From: Thermoplasmata archaeon
GTDB taxonomy: Archaea > Thermoplasmatota > Penumbrarchaeia > Penumbrarchaeales > Penumbrarchaeaceae
Assembly: GCA_023145185.1 (NCBI GenBank)
Contig: JAGLEG010000100.1
Span: 1-25,530, forward strand
Direction of reading: 5' to 3'
Length of the DNA stretch: 25,530 nt
A program made the translations under genes and the position numbers. Positions within the stretch are counted from its first letter, which is position 1, and each line of letters begins with the position of its first letter. Positions 1-8,798 of this stretch are shown here, piece after piece. The notes beneath the pieces are model-generated. The model had not been told where the DNA came from, did not search any database, and worked only from the letters and a program-made list of their open reading frames with translations.

Positions 1-400
1 GCTCCCGAAAGGCCTTCAGGGCATCCAGGTGAGAGAACTCGAAGAGGTTGTCCCCCCCGATTATCATCGTATCGTACGACAGCTGCCTCTCCCTGATCAG
101 GTAGCCCAGCCCTCCCACCGAACCCAGCTTCTGCCCCTCCTCGAGGGTGGGCTCTATCATGAGCTCCAGGTCGGCATCGGGGTAGTTATCCCTGATGAAA
201 TCCTGGAACTGCTCCTCGAATGCCCTGTTGGTCGAGATGAATATCCGACCTATCTCATCCAGCTCCAACAGCGGCTTGATGGTGTGGCAGAGCATGGGCC
301 TGCCTGCGATGTCCAGAAGGTGCTTGGGCCTATCCTTCGTGAGGGGCCACATTCTCTTTGCAAAACCGCCTGCCAGTATTATCACGTCCAATCTTCTCAT
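1..400 (-). CDS. Sugar-phosphate nucleotidyltransferase (NTP_transferase family, RmlA/GMPP-like), 5' part only; runs off the left edge
   Basis: Not in the ORF track. Manual translation from ATG at 400: MRRLDVIILAGGFAKRMWPLTKDRPKHLLDIAGRPML...GSVGGL...MIIGGDNLFEF. It has the LAGG-x-RxWPLT-x-PKxL nucleotidyltransferase signature and a GDN motif. The start overlaps the upstream stop as ATGA (397-400). Confidence 0.9.
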   Translation of the reverse strand, partial: MRRLDVIILAGGFAKRMWPLTKDRPKHLLDIAGRPMLCHTIKPLLELDEIGRIFISTNRAFEEQFQDFIRDNYPDADLELMIEPTLEEGQKLGSVGGLGYLIRERQLSYDTMIIGGDNLFEFSHLDALKAFRE

Positions 401-888
401 GGTCGATCACCTTTTCTCGCCCTGAACCCTTTCACTTTTTTCAACTGTGCACGGCTTTCAACGGACCCGGCCCTCCTCCCCCTGACGAGGGATACAGCAT
501 CATCGGGGTCCATGCCGTGGTAGATCAGGTACATGGATATCAGGGACCCCGTCCGGCCAACACCCGCAGCGCAGTGGACCATGACAACTCCCCTCTCAAT
601 GACGCTGTCCATGAGATCGATGCCATCCAGGGCCTGTTCGTCGGTGAGCGGATGCATGTCCGTGACCGGGATATGCCTGTATTGCAATCCCGACGAGGTG
701 ATCCACTCATCCGGCCAGGGCCGGCATGTGAGGTTGATGCATCCGACCACGCCCTCCTCCTCTTTCAGGTAGCGGAGATAATCAAGGGACACCGGGTAGA
801 TGGATGCGAGGATGCTCCCCTCGACGATGACATCGTACGTTCCCACGTTGAGGAACGGGTTTTGGGTCAAGAGCTCATGGGGGTCCAT
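397..888 (-). CDS. Dual-specificity/PTP-like phosphatase (CX5R family), about 163 aa
   Basis: P-loop VHCAAGVGRTG, general-acid loop HIPVTDMHP and C-terminal RAGSVESRAQ (Q-loop-like). Start moved from the track's 1074 to the ATG at 888 (MDPHELL), because the longer version overlaps the divergent gene and is low-complexity; a TTATA box lies about 25 nt upstream of 888. Confidence 0.88.
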   Translation of the reverse strand: MDPHELLTQNPFLNVGTYDVIVEGSILASIYPVSLDYLRYLKEEEGVVGCINLTCRPWPDEWITSSGLQYRHIPVTDMHPLTDEQALDGIDLMDSVIERGVVMVHCAAGVGRTGSLISMYLIYHGMDPDDAVSLVRGRRAGSVESRAQLKKVKGFRARKGDRP

Positions 889-972
889 CGGGCCCTTAAA
901 AATGGTATCAACTATAAGAAGGTGACCCGACCGGGGAAAAGGATTTATCTCCGGAGCAGATAGATAGTACCC
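889..972. promoter_or_regulatory. Divergent intergenic region with putative archaeal promoters (probably leaderless transcripts on both sides)
   Basis: On the minus strand, TTATA at 917-913 lies about 25 nt from ATG 888. On the plus strand, GAAAAGGA-TTTATC (BRE/TATA-like, 944-949) lies about 25 nt from TTG 973. Confidence 0.4.
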
Positions 973-1821
973 TTGAAACGAAGGATCGAAGTGTTTGTTC
1001 CCGGAACCGGGTATCCCTCCCTCTCCACGACCGGAACGGCCTGCATGCTCAACTGCGCCCACTGCAATGGACACTATCTGAAAGGTATGGTGGACGTTTC
1101 CGGGCCCACCTCCCTCCTGGATTTTGGCATGGAGCTGGAGAAAAGGGGGGGTAAAGGGTTTCTTCTCTCGGGGGGGTGCGATAGGGAAGGGAAAGTGGTG
1201 ATCTCCGATGCGGTCCTCGATCAGATATCACGGTTGAAAGAGACGACCTCGCTGTCGATGAACGTTCACCCCGGCCTCGTGGGCCCCGATTCGGCCAGGG
1301 CCCTCGCCGAGGCAGGTGTAGATACTGCCTCGTTTGACGTGATCCAGGACCAGGATACGATCTCCGAGGTCCTTGGGATCGACGCGTCTCCCGGGGACTA
1401 CCGGAACTCGTATCGTCACCTGATCGATGCTGGGATCCGGGTGGTTCCCCACGTTCTGGCTGGGCTCTATCACGGGCAGCTGAGAGGAGAGCAGGCTTCC
1501 ATTGACCTGATCTCCGGTTTCGAACCCGATACGGCGGTCCTGATCACATTGATACCCACCAGGGGCACCCGGATGGAGAAGGATGCCCCCCTCCCCGAAT
1601 CCGAGCTGATAGGATTGGCAGAGTACATGGTTTCCAAACTGGATTGCTCATTGATGCTGGGGTGCATGAGGCCGAGAGGTTATGATGCCCTGGAGGTCCG
1701 TTCCCTGGAGGCCGGTTTCTCCGGAATAGTATCTCCGAACAGGAGGACCCTGGAGTATATCGATGGGAGGGGATGGGAGAGGACCAGACACGAGCTCTGC
1801 TGCGCGGTATTGCCACCGTAG
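973..1821 (+). CDS. lipS1: Radical SAM protein, biotin-synthase-related, LipS1-like (archaeal two-component lipoyl synthase subunit)
   Basis: CMLNCAHC (CX3CX2C), LLSGG, HVLAGLYHG, LITLIPTRGT, GCMRP (1660-1674) and a C-terminal CC (1798-1803). GC(M/A)R plus CC are the motifs described for LipS1 of Thermococcus kodakarensis. Radical SAM membership is certain; the LipS1 call is motif-based. Confidence 0.7.
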   Translation: MKRRIEVFVPGTGYPSLSTTGTACMLNCAHCNGHYLKGMVDVSGPTSLLDFGMELEKRGGKGFLLSGGCDREGKVVISDAVLDQISRLKETTSLSMNVHPGLVGPDSARALAEAGVDTASFDVIQDQDTISEVLGIDASPGDYRNSYRHLIDAGIRVVPHVLAGLYHGQLRGEQASIDLISGFEPDTAVLITLIPTRGTRMEKDAPLPESELIGLAEYMVSKLDCSLMLGCMRPRGYDALEVRSLEAGFSGIVSPNRRTLEYIDGRGWERTRHELCCAVLPP

Positions 1822-1848
1822 AACTGCTCATGCGGGCCTTTTTCATCT

Positions 1849-1870
1849 TTGGATTGATTTAAGTATCCAA
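1849..1870. promoter_or_regulatory. Inverted repeat TTGGAT-N10-ATCCAA enclosing a TATA-like TTTAAG; possible operator
   Basis: Perfect 6-bp arms at 1849-1854 and 1865-1870 in the AT-rich gap upstream of the CorA-like gene. Confidence 0.3.
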
Positions 1871-1925
1871 TTGTCCATATAATGTACTGTACACTGTAGT
1901 AGATAGATCGTGATCGGTGAAGATG

Positions 1926-3440
1926 ATGAGGACCTTTCCGCTGTTCGACCCCAAGATATATTCCATCTCCATCTTCAAGTTGAAGAAGGGCGAGGACGGA
2001 AAGGTCCATGATGTCGTTCAGAACCTCTTCCTCAAGAGAAAGGACGTCAAGTTCAACATCATAAAGAAGGACAATTGGTCGGTCGTGGAGATCGCGATGG
2101 ACGTTCAGAAGGGAGGTCATGTGATCGTTGAGGTCACCCCGGACCTTTTCAAGATCCAGTACGACAATATGAAGCTGATGAACAGGACCTTGAAGGATTC
2201 ACTTGCCTCATACGTCGTCAAGGACTCCAGACACTACAATTTCAACCTGATGACCTGCGGAAGCAGGGATAACATCTGGATGCACAATTACTCGGCCGCG
2301 AGCCTTCTCATGGATGGTGATGATGATGTTCCCTTCATTGGAGGGGAGCAGACAACCATACAGGAGAACATCTTCCAGACCAACATCGCCTATCTCAACA
2401 GGATAATGAACAGGAAGGGCGGGGTCCTCATAAACACATTGAGGCAGAATAACATAGAGTCATTTCTGTACGCCCTCGGAACAGTGGGCCATAAGAGGGA
2501 GAGGACCTTCCCGACGGAATTTCTGCTCCAGCTGGACACCTCGCAACTGGGTGACAGGAAAAGCTATACCGGCAGCCAGCTACCTCTGATCAATAAAAGC
2601 CCATATTCCACCCCACAAAAGAAAGATAATAACGTCTACCTTGAGAAGCAGGAATATCTGATCAACCTCCTGTCGATCAAGGCCAAGATCATCGACCTCT
2701 TATTAACCCGATGTAGTATGATGGACCTTTTTGACGGTGAATATTCCTATATCCAGAAGCGGGGAAATTTCCTCAAGGATGACATCTTCGACCTTCAGAA
2801 CAGGATCAACTCCCACATGAAGGTGTACATACCCGATAAGAAAAGCAAAAAGAGGGATTCTGATTTCCTCGACAGGGAGAACTACGATAACGAGAAGGAG
2901 CTGCTCACCACCGCGTCGATTAGGTTCACCCTGATATCCGAGGTGGAGCACCGCATCATGAGGATCAGGTCACAGATCAATGGAATGAAGGGAGATATCG
3001 GTGATATGAGCGACCAGATCGCCCTGAAGGGCAAGGCCTCCACGACGGATATGAAACCCCATTCCATCAGTGACCACCAAATTAAGGATCTCAACAGCAT
3101 GGATGAATACATGACGTCCCTATCCGGAGAGCTGACCCATTCCAGGGACATCCTCTCATCCACGATCGACGTGCTGCGAGCTTTCATCGACACGAGACAG
3201 AGGGAGGCTTCAGAGGATATGAGCAGATTGATGAACCTCCTTTTCCTGGTGTTCGCCTGTATCGGGTTGGCAGATGCCCTGGGCAATTTCGTTATCTTTG
3301 CGATGGAATACTATTTCTTTCACGGAATGGACGTTTATCAGTCGATCCGGCCCGCTCTGGCAAGTCTGTTCCTTACATTCCTGCCCCTTACCATCGGAGT
3401 TGTCTTCATCCTTATATACTTCAAGAAGAAGAGGAGATAG
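1926..3440 (+). CDS. CorA-like membrane protein (large soluble domain, stalk helix, two C-terminal TM helices) lacking the canonical GMN motif
   Basis: SRDILSSTIDV resembles the CorA stalk helix (Thermotoga CorA FRDIVSGLLDV). Two hydrophobic segments follow (LMNLLFLVFACIGLADALGNFVIFAM; ALASLFLTFLPLTIGVVFILIYF), then a basic tail YFKKKRR like CorA YFKKKKWL. GGTGA at 1916-1920 favours ATG 1926 (alternatives 1917, 1923). Confidence 0.6.
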   Translation: MRTFPLFDPKIYSISIFKLKKGEDGKVHDVVQNLFLKRKDVKFNIIKKDNWSVVEIAMDVQKGGHVIVEVTPDLFKIQYDNMKLMNRTLKDSLASYVVKDSRHYNFNLMTCGSRDNIWMHNYSAASLLMDGDDDVPFIGGEQTTIQENIFQTNIAYLNRIMNRKGGVLINTLRQNNIESFLYALGTVGHKRERTFPTEFLLQLDTSQLGDRKSYTGSQLPLINKSPYSTPQKKDNNVYLEKQEYLINLLSIKAKIIDLLLTRCSMMDLFDGEYSYIQKRGNFLKDDIFDLQNRINSHMKVYIPDKKSKKRDSDFLDRENYDNEKELLTTASIRFTLISEVEHRIMRIRSQINGMKGDIGDMSDQIALKGKASTTDMKPHSISDHQIKDLNSMDEYMTSLSGELTHSRDILSSTIDVLRAFIDTRQREASEDMSRLMNLLFLVFACIGLADALGNFVIFAMEYYFFHGMDVYQSIRPALASLFLTFLPLTIGVVFILIYFKKKRR

Positions 3441-3523
3441 TGGGTTCTTTCGGGCACCCCAACACCCCTTTTTAAATTGCCCTCAATATTAACCCATCTC
3501 AGGTTTTTCCCGGAGGAACAAAG

Positions 3524-5386
3524 GTGTCGCAACCGTACGCAGAGACGATGGCGAAGAGCCAGAAGGAGATATCAATTTCCGACTTCTTCGCCAAGAACAG
3601 ACAGATACTAGGATTTGACAATCCGTCAAAGGCGATGCTTGTCTCGGTCAAGGAGGCCGTGGACAACTCGCTGGATGCCTGTGAGGAGGCGGGCATCCTT
3701 CCCACGATATTCGTCAGGATATCAAGGACCGACAACAAGGATCGTTTCCGCCTCATGGTTCGGGACAACGGCCCCGGCATCGTGAAGAAGCAGATAGCTT
3801 CGGTCTTTGGGCGTCTGCTCTACGGCTCCAGGTTCTACGCGATAAGGCAATCCAGGGGTCAGCAGGGTATCGGGATCTCGGCGGTGGTCCTCTACAGCCA
3901 GCTGACCACCGGGAAACCCGCGATAGTGACCTCCAAGATAGGCGAGGACCACCCCTGCTACAGGATGGAGGTCCAGATAAACACCAAGAACAACCGCCCG
4001 CAAATGATCTCAAACGAGGTGGTGCTATGGGATCACCCCCACGGCACACAGATCGAGGTGGAGATCGTGGGGAGGTACCACAAGGAGAAGAGGCAGTCCG
4101 TGTACGAGTATATCAAATCCACGGCGATAGTTAACCCACACGTTGAGATAATATTCGAGGACCCCGACGGGGTCGTACACTCGTTCCATCGGGTGGTGGA
4201 TAAGCTCCCGCTTCCCGCAGAGGAGATAAGGCCCCACCCGCACGGGATCGAGCTTGGCGTCCTCAAGAACATGCTGGCCTACTCCGAATCAAGGAAGATG
4301 ACCTCATTCCTGACCACCGAGTTCTGCAGGATCTCCCCTCGAGGTGCCCGTGAGATCCTGGAGAAAGCGTCCATATCGGAGAAGAAGAACCCAAAGAGGT
4401 TGAACCTGGACGAGGTCCAGGTGCTCTACAACATTTTCAACGAGATGAAGTTCATGTCCCCACCCACGGACTGCCTATCGCCGATAGGCGACCTGTTGAT
4501 AAGAAAAGGGTTGAAAAAGGAGATAGACTCCAAGTTCGCCCACACGGTGACCAGGGATCCCAGGGTCTACCGCGGCACCCCCTTCCAGGTGGAGGCGGGG
4601 ATAATCTACGGAGGGGAGCTTCCGGCTGGAGACACCGTCAAGATACTTAGATTCGCGAATCGGGTGCCTCTCCTGTACCAGCAGGGGGGCTGTGCGATGA
4701 CACACGCCATCGAGAGGATCAACTGGAGGCCGTACGGCCTGGAGCAGAGGGGTGGCAAGGGGATCCCGTCGGGTCCGGCGATGATCCTGGTACATATTGC
4801 ATCCACCAACGCCCCGTTCACATCCGAATCCAAGGAGGCCGTGGCGGACGTGGATGAGATCCTCGATGAGGTGGGCAGGGCCCTGATGGAGTGCGGGAGG
4901 AAGGTGAAGTCCCACATCAACAAGAAGGTAAAGCTCAAGAAGGTGTCCGAGAAGTACTCCATCATCAAGGACATCCTTCCCGAGATAGCCAGGAAGAGCT
5001 CAGAGATAATTGGCAAGCCGCATCCTCCTCTGGACGGCGTCATTACAAAGATAATGAACGTAACGGTGATAGACAGCGGGATCATGTACCATGAGGAGGG
5101 AGAGGAGAAGTTCACGGAGGTCACCATAAAGGTGCAGAACTACACCCAGAAGGCCAAGAAGTTCAGGCTGTTCGTGAAGGTCCCGAATGGGCTGATCCAG
5201 GGTATATTCCCCGAGAGGAACAGGATGAAGAGGGAGATAATCGAATGGGAGGTAGGGCCGATCGAGCCTGCCAGGTCAGTGCGTCTCGGCTTCACCATAC
5301 TGGGACTTGACAGGACCGATTATGATGATGTGGACGTTTACTACTCCCACCTGACCGGTGAGGTGATCGGGGCGGACCCCCTGTGA
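3524..5386 (+). CDS. top6B: DNA topoisomerase VI subunit B
   Basis: GHKL motifs KEAVDNSLDA, DNGPGI, SRGQQGIGISAVVLYSQ and GTQIEV; H2TH region; RFANRVPLLYQQGGC; FTSESKEAVA; C-terminal Ig-like extension. GGAGG RBS upstream of the GTG. Confidence 0.98.
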   Translation: MSQPYAETMAKSQKEISISDFFAKNRQILGFDNPSKAMLVSVKEAVDNSLDACEEAGILPTIFVRISRTDNKDRFRLMVRDNGPGIVKKQIASVFGRLLYGSRFYAIRQSRGQQGIGISAVVLYSQLTTGKPAIVTSKIGEDHPCYRMEVQINTKNNRPQMISNEVVLWDHPHGTQIEVEIVGRYHKEKRQSVYEYIKSTAIVNPHVEIIFEDPDGVVHSFHRVVDKLPLPAEEIRPHPHGIELGVLKNMLAYSESRKMTSFLTTEFCRISPRGAREILEKASISEKKNPKRLNLDEVQVLYNIFNEMKFMSPPTDCLSPIGDLLIRKGLKKEIDSKFAHTVTRDPRVYRGTPFQVEAGIIYGGELPAGDTVKILRFANRVPLLYQQGGCAMTHAIERINWRPYGLEQRGGKGIPSGPAMILVHIASTNAPFTSESKEAVADVDEILDEVGRALMECGRKVKSHINKKVKLKKVSEKYSIIKDILPEIARKSSEIIGKPHPPLDGVITKIMNVTVIDSGIMYHEEGEEKFTEVTIKVQNYTQKAKKFRLFVKVPNGLIQGIFPERNRMKREIIEWEVGPIEPARSVRLGFTILGLDRTDYDDVDVYYSHLTGEVIGADPL

Positions 5387-5401
5387 CGTGAGGTGATGAT
5401 G

Positions 5402-6523
5402 ATGACTGGAAAGAGAGGGGCACAGATAACGGCGGGAAACCGGGAGGCGTCTGACCGGCTGGTCAAGATCGCGGAGGCGATACACGGCCAGCTCTGCGAT
5501 GATAACATACCCTATCTGGAGGTCTCCAGCCGGACCAAGAACAACATAGTGCTCGATGAGGATCACAAGGTCTGGAAGTACGGGTCCGACGTGGTGACCA
5601 GGTCGGCAAAGGACCTCGGAGGGGCGACCAACATCCTTCGCAACCTGTACACGATAGATTTCATCCGGGAGATGATAAAGAGCGGTAAATCCTCCACCCT
5701 GAGGGAGATGTACTACATCTCCGAGGGCTGGGAGAAGGCCAAATTCCCAACACAGGATGAATCGAACAAGCTGGCGGAGGACCTGGAGATAATAACGAGG
5801 AACATGCGGGAGGATTTCAAGCTCAGGCCCGAGGAGGATGGGGCGAGGGTGATAGGGGATCTGACCATCGCGGAGAGGAACAGAAAGGGCCAGGTAAAGA
5901 GGTTCAACTGCAAGGACGACGTGGGCGAATCCGGCTACGGCATCCCGTACAACGTGGAGGAGGAGAAGCTCCAGTTCAAGTCCGTCAAGGCCAAGATGAT
6001 CATCGCGATAGAGACGGGCGGTATGTTCGACAGGCTGGTGGAGAATGGGTTCGACGAGACGCACAAGGCGATCCTCGTTCACCTCAAGGGCCAGCCAGCG
6101 AGGTCAACAAGGCGGTTCATCAAACGCCTCCACTCCCACTCGAACATACCCCTGGTCATATTCACCGATGGTGACCCCTGGTCCTATCGTATCTTCGCCT
6201 CGGTGGCCTTCGGTGCCATAAAGACGGCACATATCTCGGAATACCTCGCGACGCCGCAGGCCCAGTACCTGGGGATCACACCCTCGGATATCGTGAACTA
6301 CGAGCTCCCGAACGACACGCTTTCGGACCAGGACGTCAACGCACTGAAATCAGAGCTGACCGACCCCAGGTTCGCATCGGACCAGTGGAGGGCCGAGATA
6401 AAACTTCAGCTCAAGCTCAAGAAGAAGTCGGAGCAGCAGGCACTTGCAAAATACGGCCTGGACTTCGTGACGGACACCTACCTTCCCCAGAAGCTCAAGG
6501 AGATGAGGATAATAAGAGGATAG
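5402..6523 (+). CDS. top6A: DNA topoisomerase VI subunit A (Spo11-like)
   Basis: STLREMYY catalytic-Tyr region, [18 protein letters not shown] motifs [30 protein letters not shown] and SEQQAL. GAGGTG RBS at 5390-5395 favours ATG 5402 (track start 5393). Confidence 0.98.
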   Translation: MTGKRGAQITAGNREASDRLVKIAEAIHGQLCDDNIPYLEVSSRTKNNIVLDEDHKVWKYGSDVVTRSAKDLGGATNILRNLYTIDFIREMIKSGKSSTLREMYYISEGWEKAKFPTQDESNKLAEDLEIITRNMREDFKLRPEEDGARVIGDLTIAERNRKGQVKRFNCKDDVGESGYGIPYNVEEEKLQFKSVKAKMIIAIETGGMFDRLVENGFDETHKAILVHLKGQPARSTRRFIKRLHSHSNIPLVIFTDGDPWSYRIFASVAFGAIKTAHISEYLATPQAQYLGITPSDIVNYELPNDTLSDQDVNALKSELTDPRFASDQWRAEIKLQLKLKKKSEQQALAKYGLDFVTDTYLPQKLKEMRIIRG

Positions 6524-6554
6524 TTTAATAACGGCGAGATTTGTGACCGGCCAC

Positions 6555-7325
6555 ATGAAAAAGCTGTTCCTCGTTGGAATGGGCCTCTCCGATGAGAGGT
6601 CCATCCCCCTGTCGGGTTTGGATCGGGTAGAGGAGGCCGACGTGGTGTTCGCCGAGATGTTCACCTCCCTGCTCGAGGAGGGGTCCCTCGACCGCCTCTC
6701 CCAATTGACGGGGAAGGAGGTGATCCTTCTGGGGAGGAGGGAGCTGGAGGAGGGTGAGGAGGTTATAGCCGCTTTCGACGAGAACGAGAGCGTATGCCTC
6801 CTAACCGCCGGAGACCCGCTTGCGGCAACCACGCACCAGGAGCTGAGGCTGGATGCGATGCGAAGGGGTATCGATGTGGAGATCATCAACTCCGGGTCCA
6901 TTTTCACCGCCGCCGCCGCTCACGCAGGCCTTCAACACTACAAGTTCGGAAGGACAACCACGATAGGATATCCAGAGCCCAATTTTCACCCCACATCTCC
7001 TCTCCACGTGATACTGGAGAACCGGAAGATGGGCCTTCATTCATTGGTCCTTCTCGACATACGGGTCCATGAGGGCCGGTTCATGACGGCAGCCGAGGCA
7101 CTTTCGATCATTATGGATATGGACAGGAAGGATGGCCCGGGATCGATCGATCCCGAAATGAAGGTCGTTGCGCTCGCCAGGCTGGGCAGAAGGGATTGGA
7201 GGGTGGCCTACGGCCGCATTGATGAGGTTGGTTCCCTTGACATGGGCCCCCCGCCCCACTGCGTGATAATACCGGGTGACCTCCACTTCCTCGAGGAGGA
7301 GGTCCTGGAACAGTTCTCCCTGTGA
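6555..7325 (+). CDS. dph5: Diphthine synthase (SAM-dependent methyltransferase)
   Basis: LFLVGMGLSDE, ADVVFAEMFTS, LLTAGDPLAATTH, GLQHYKFGRTTTI, GLHSLVLLDI and MGPPPHCVIIPGDLHFLEEE. ATG 6555 preferred over GTG 6543. Confidence 0.95.
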   Translation: MKKLFLVGMGLSDERSIPLSGLDRVEEADVVFAEMFTSLLEEGSLDRLSQLTGKEVILLGRRELEEGEEVIAAFDENESVCLLTAGDPLAATTHQELRLDAMRRGIDVEIINSGSIFTAAAAHAGLQHYKFGRTTTIGYPEPNFHPTSPLHVILENRKMGLHSLVLLDIRVHEGRFMTAAEALSIIMDMDRKDGPGSIDPEMKVVALARLGRRDWRVAYGRIDEVGSLDMGPPPHCVIIPGDLHFLEEEVLEQFSL

Positions 7326-7335
7326 TAATTCACCT

Positions 7336-8205
7336 TCAGAGCCTATCCTGCGCTTGAAGCTCATCCAGATACTCCCTTATCATGATCTTGAGTTCCGGGT
7401 GGAGCAGCGCCATCTGCAGGTTCGCCTTCAGCCAATCCTCCAGGGATCCGATATCCACGCGAAGGCCCTTTACGACCAGCCCGTAGAGGCCTTTTGTACC
7501 TATGTATCTGGCCAGCGCGTCGGTGAGCTGGATCTCCCCACCCGCCCCTTCCTTCTGCGACGCCAGCCACTTGAATATATCCGGGTCCAGGATGTATCTG
7601 CCCATCACCGCCATCCTCGACGGCGCATCCTCCTTATTCGGTTTTTCGACGATGCTGTCAAGCTTGAACAGCCCCGGGGAAACCTCCTCCCCCAGCTCGA
7701 CGATCCCGTATCTCTCCACGTGGTCAAGGGGCACCTCCTCCAGGGCGATGACGGGAGATCTGACCTTCTTGTATGCCTCCCAAAGCTGTTTGATGGCCGG
7801 CATCTCGCCGGTGATGATATCGTCCCCCAGAAGGATGGCGAAGGGCTCGTTGTTCACGTAGCTCTCGGCGCACAGGACCGCATCTCCCAGCCCCTTTGCC
7901 TCCTTCTGCCTCAGGTAGAATATGTCGGCGAGGTCCTCGATCCTCTGAAGTTTTAAAAGCTCCTCGTCAGCGCCTTTCTTTGCCAGTGCGGCCTCCAGTT
8001 CCAGGTTCCGATCGAAATGGTCCTCCATCACCTTCTTGTTCCTCGAGGTGATGACCAGTATCTCGTCGAATCCGGAGTTGGATGCCTCCTCCACCACCCA
8101 TTGAATGGCCGGTTTGTTGAGAACCGGGAGCATCTCCTTCGGTTGGGCCTTGGTCACGGGTAGAAGCCTTGTTCCCAGGCCGGCAGCAGGTATAATCGCC
8201 CTCAT
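7336..8205 (-). CDS. galU: UTP-glucose-1-phosphate uridylyltransferase
   Basis: IIPAAGLGTRLLPVTKAQPKEMLPV, RQKEAKGLGDAV, FAILLGDD, VEKP, AVMGRY, GGEIQLTDAL and DIGS. GGTGA RBS at 8217-8213 supports ATG 8205 (track start 8226). Confidence 0.95.
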   Translation of the reverse strand: MRAIIPAAGLGTRLLPVTKAQPKEMLPVLNKPAIQWVVEEASNSGFDEILVITSRNKKVMEDHFDRNLELEAALAKKGADEELLKLQRIEDLADIFYLRQKEAKGLGDAVLCAESYVNNEPFAILLGDDIITGEMPAIKQLWEAYKKVRSPVIALEEVPLDHVERYGIVELGEEVSPGLFKLDSIVEKPNKEDAPSRMAVMGRYILDPDIFKWLASQKEGAGGEIQLTDALARYIGTKGLYGLVVKGLRVDIGSLEDWLKANLQMALLHPELKIMIREYLDELQAQDRL

Positions 8206-8239
8206 CTGAATCTCACCGGGTTCCAAGTACCTCTTTTCC

Positions 8240-8305
8240 TATATTATTATATCCCACGGCCCTTGACATATCGGTTCCAGTGCGGACCTTGAATACGTTT
8301 TTATA
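8240..8305. promoter_or_regulatory. Divergent promoter pair (galU / Zn-ribbon-DUF72 unit)
   Basis: AT-rich TATATTATTATAT at 8240-8252 (for galU on the minus strand) and TTTTTATA at 8298-8305 (plus strand) in an otherwise GC-rich genome. Confidence 0.45.
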
Positions 8306-8390
8306 GGAAAAAGGTGATGGATTTCAGCCGGCATTCGGGCGTTCGGCAGGGGTTCCTCCCCGCGCCCGTTCCCCGCGCGGAGGTGTTGTG

Positions 8391-8786
8391 ATGGCAGAGC
8401 AGAAAAAGGCGGTGGACCTGTTCCCCGATCTAGAGTATCGATTTTTCCCCCTGATCCAGAAGGAGACCTCGCTGGAAGGGATACAAGGCCCGGTCTATCA
8501 ACCCTCCGGGAAGCTTCTTGAACTGGATGACATCAAGACCGTTCAGATGTCACAGCCAACCGAGGTCTTCCACGACGGCGATGCTAAAACGTACGATATG
8601 TCCTCATCGATGTTCTCGCATGAGGGGTCCGGCGAGGTAAAGCTGTGGGACCAGATCGACAAGGAGAAGAAGGTCCTGGGCTACGTGCCATGCCCAGCCT
8701 GCAAGGCCAAGATCGCGGTCACCTCGGAGAAGCGACCGCTGGACATCCAGTGCCAGGAGTGCGGGAAGAAGGGCCAACTTCATTGA
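8391..8786 (+). CDS. Small hypothetical protein with C-terminal Zn ribbon
   Basis: CPAC-x16-CQEC at the C-terminus; GGAGGTG RBS at 8379-8385; 12 nt from the next gene, whose own GGAGG lies in the gap. Confidence 0.8.
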   Translation: MAEQKKAVDLFPDLEYRFFPLIQKETSLEGIQGPVYQPSGKLLELDDIKTVQMSQPTEVFHDGDAKTYDMSSSMFSHEGSGEVKLWDQIDKEKKVLGYVPCPACKAKIAVTSEKRPLDIQCQECGKKGQLH

Positions 8787-8798
8787 AGCGGAGGCACC

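Noticed and set aside
29-523. 164-aa plus-strand ORF in the track
   Set aside because: Antisense shadow of the real minus-strand nucleotidyltransferase and phosphatase genes, which carry clear motifs.
1819-1821. Possible pyrrolysine or selenocysteine readthrough at TAG/TGA stops (for example the LipS1-like and amrS genes)
   Set aside because: The proteins are complete at their stops by family motifs, and no continuing homologous frame is apparent.
5276-6082. 268-aa minus-strand ORF
   Set aside because: Antisense to top6A, with no motifs; long antisense frames are expected from the codon bias of this GC-rich genome.
7276-7956. 226-aa plus-strand ORF
   Set aside because: Antisense shadow of galU; no recognisable features.
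8368-8378. GTTCCCCGCGC, matching the 5' half of type I-E CRISPR repeats
   Set aside because: Only 11 nt, no 3' half of the palindrome, no regular repeat-spacer array and no cas genes.
8317-8391. 24-aa uORF (MDFSRHSG...) ending in a TGATG overlap with the Zn-ribbon gene
   Set aside because: Its ATG lies only 12 nt after the TATA box, upstream of the expected transcription start, and lacks a properly spaced RBS.
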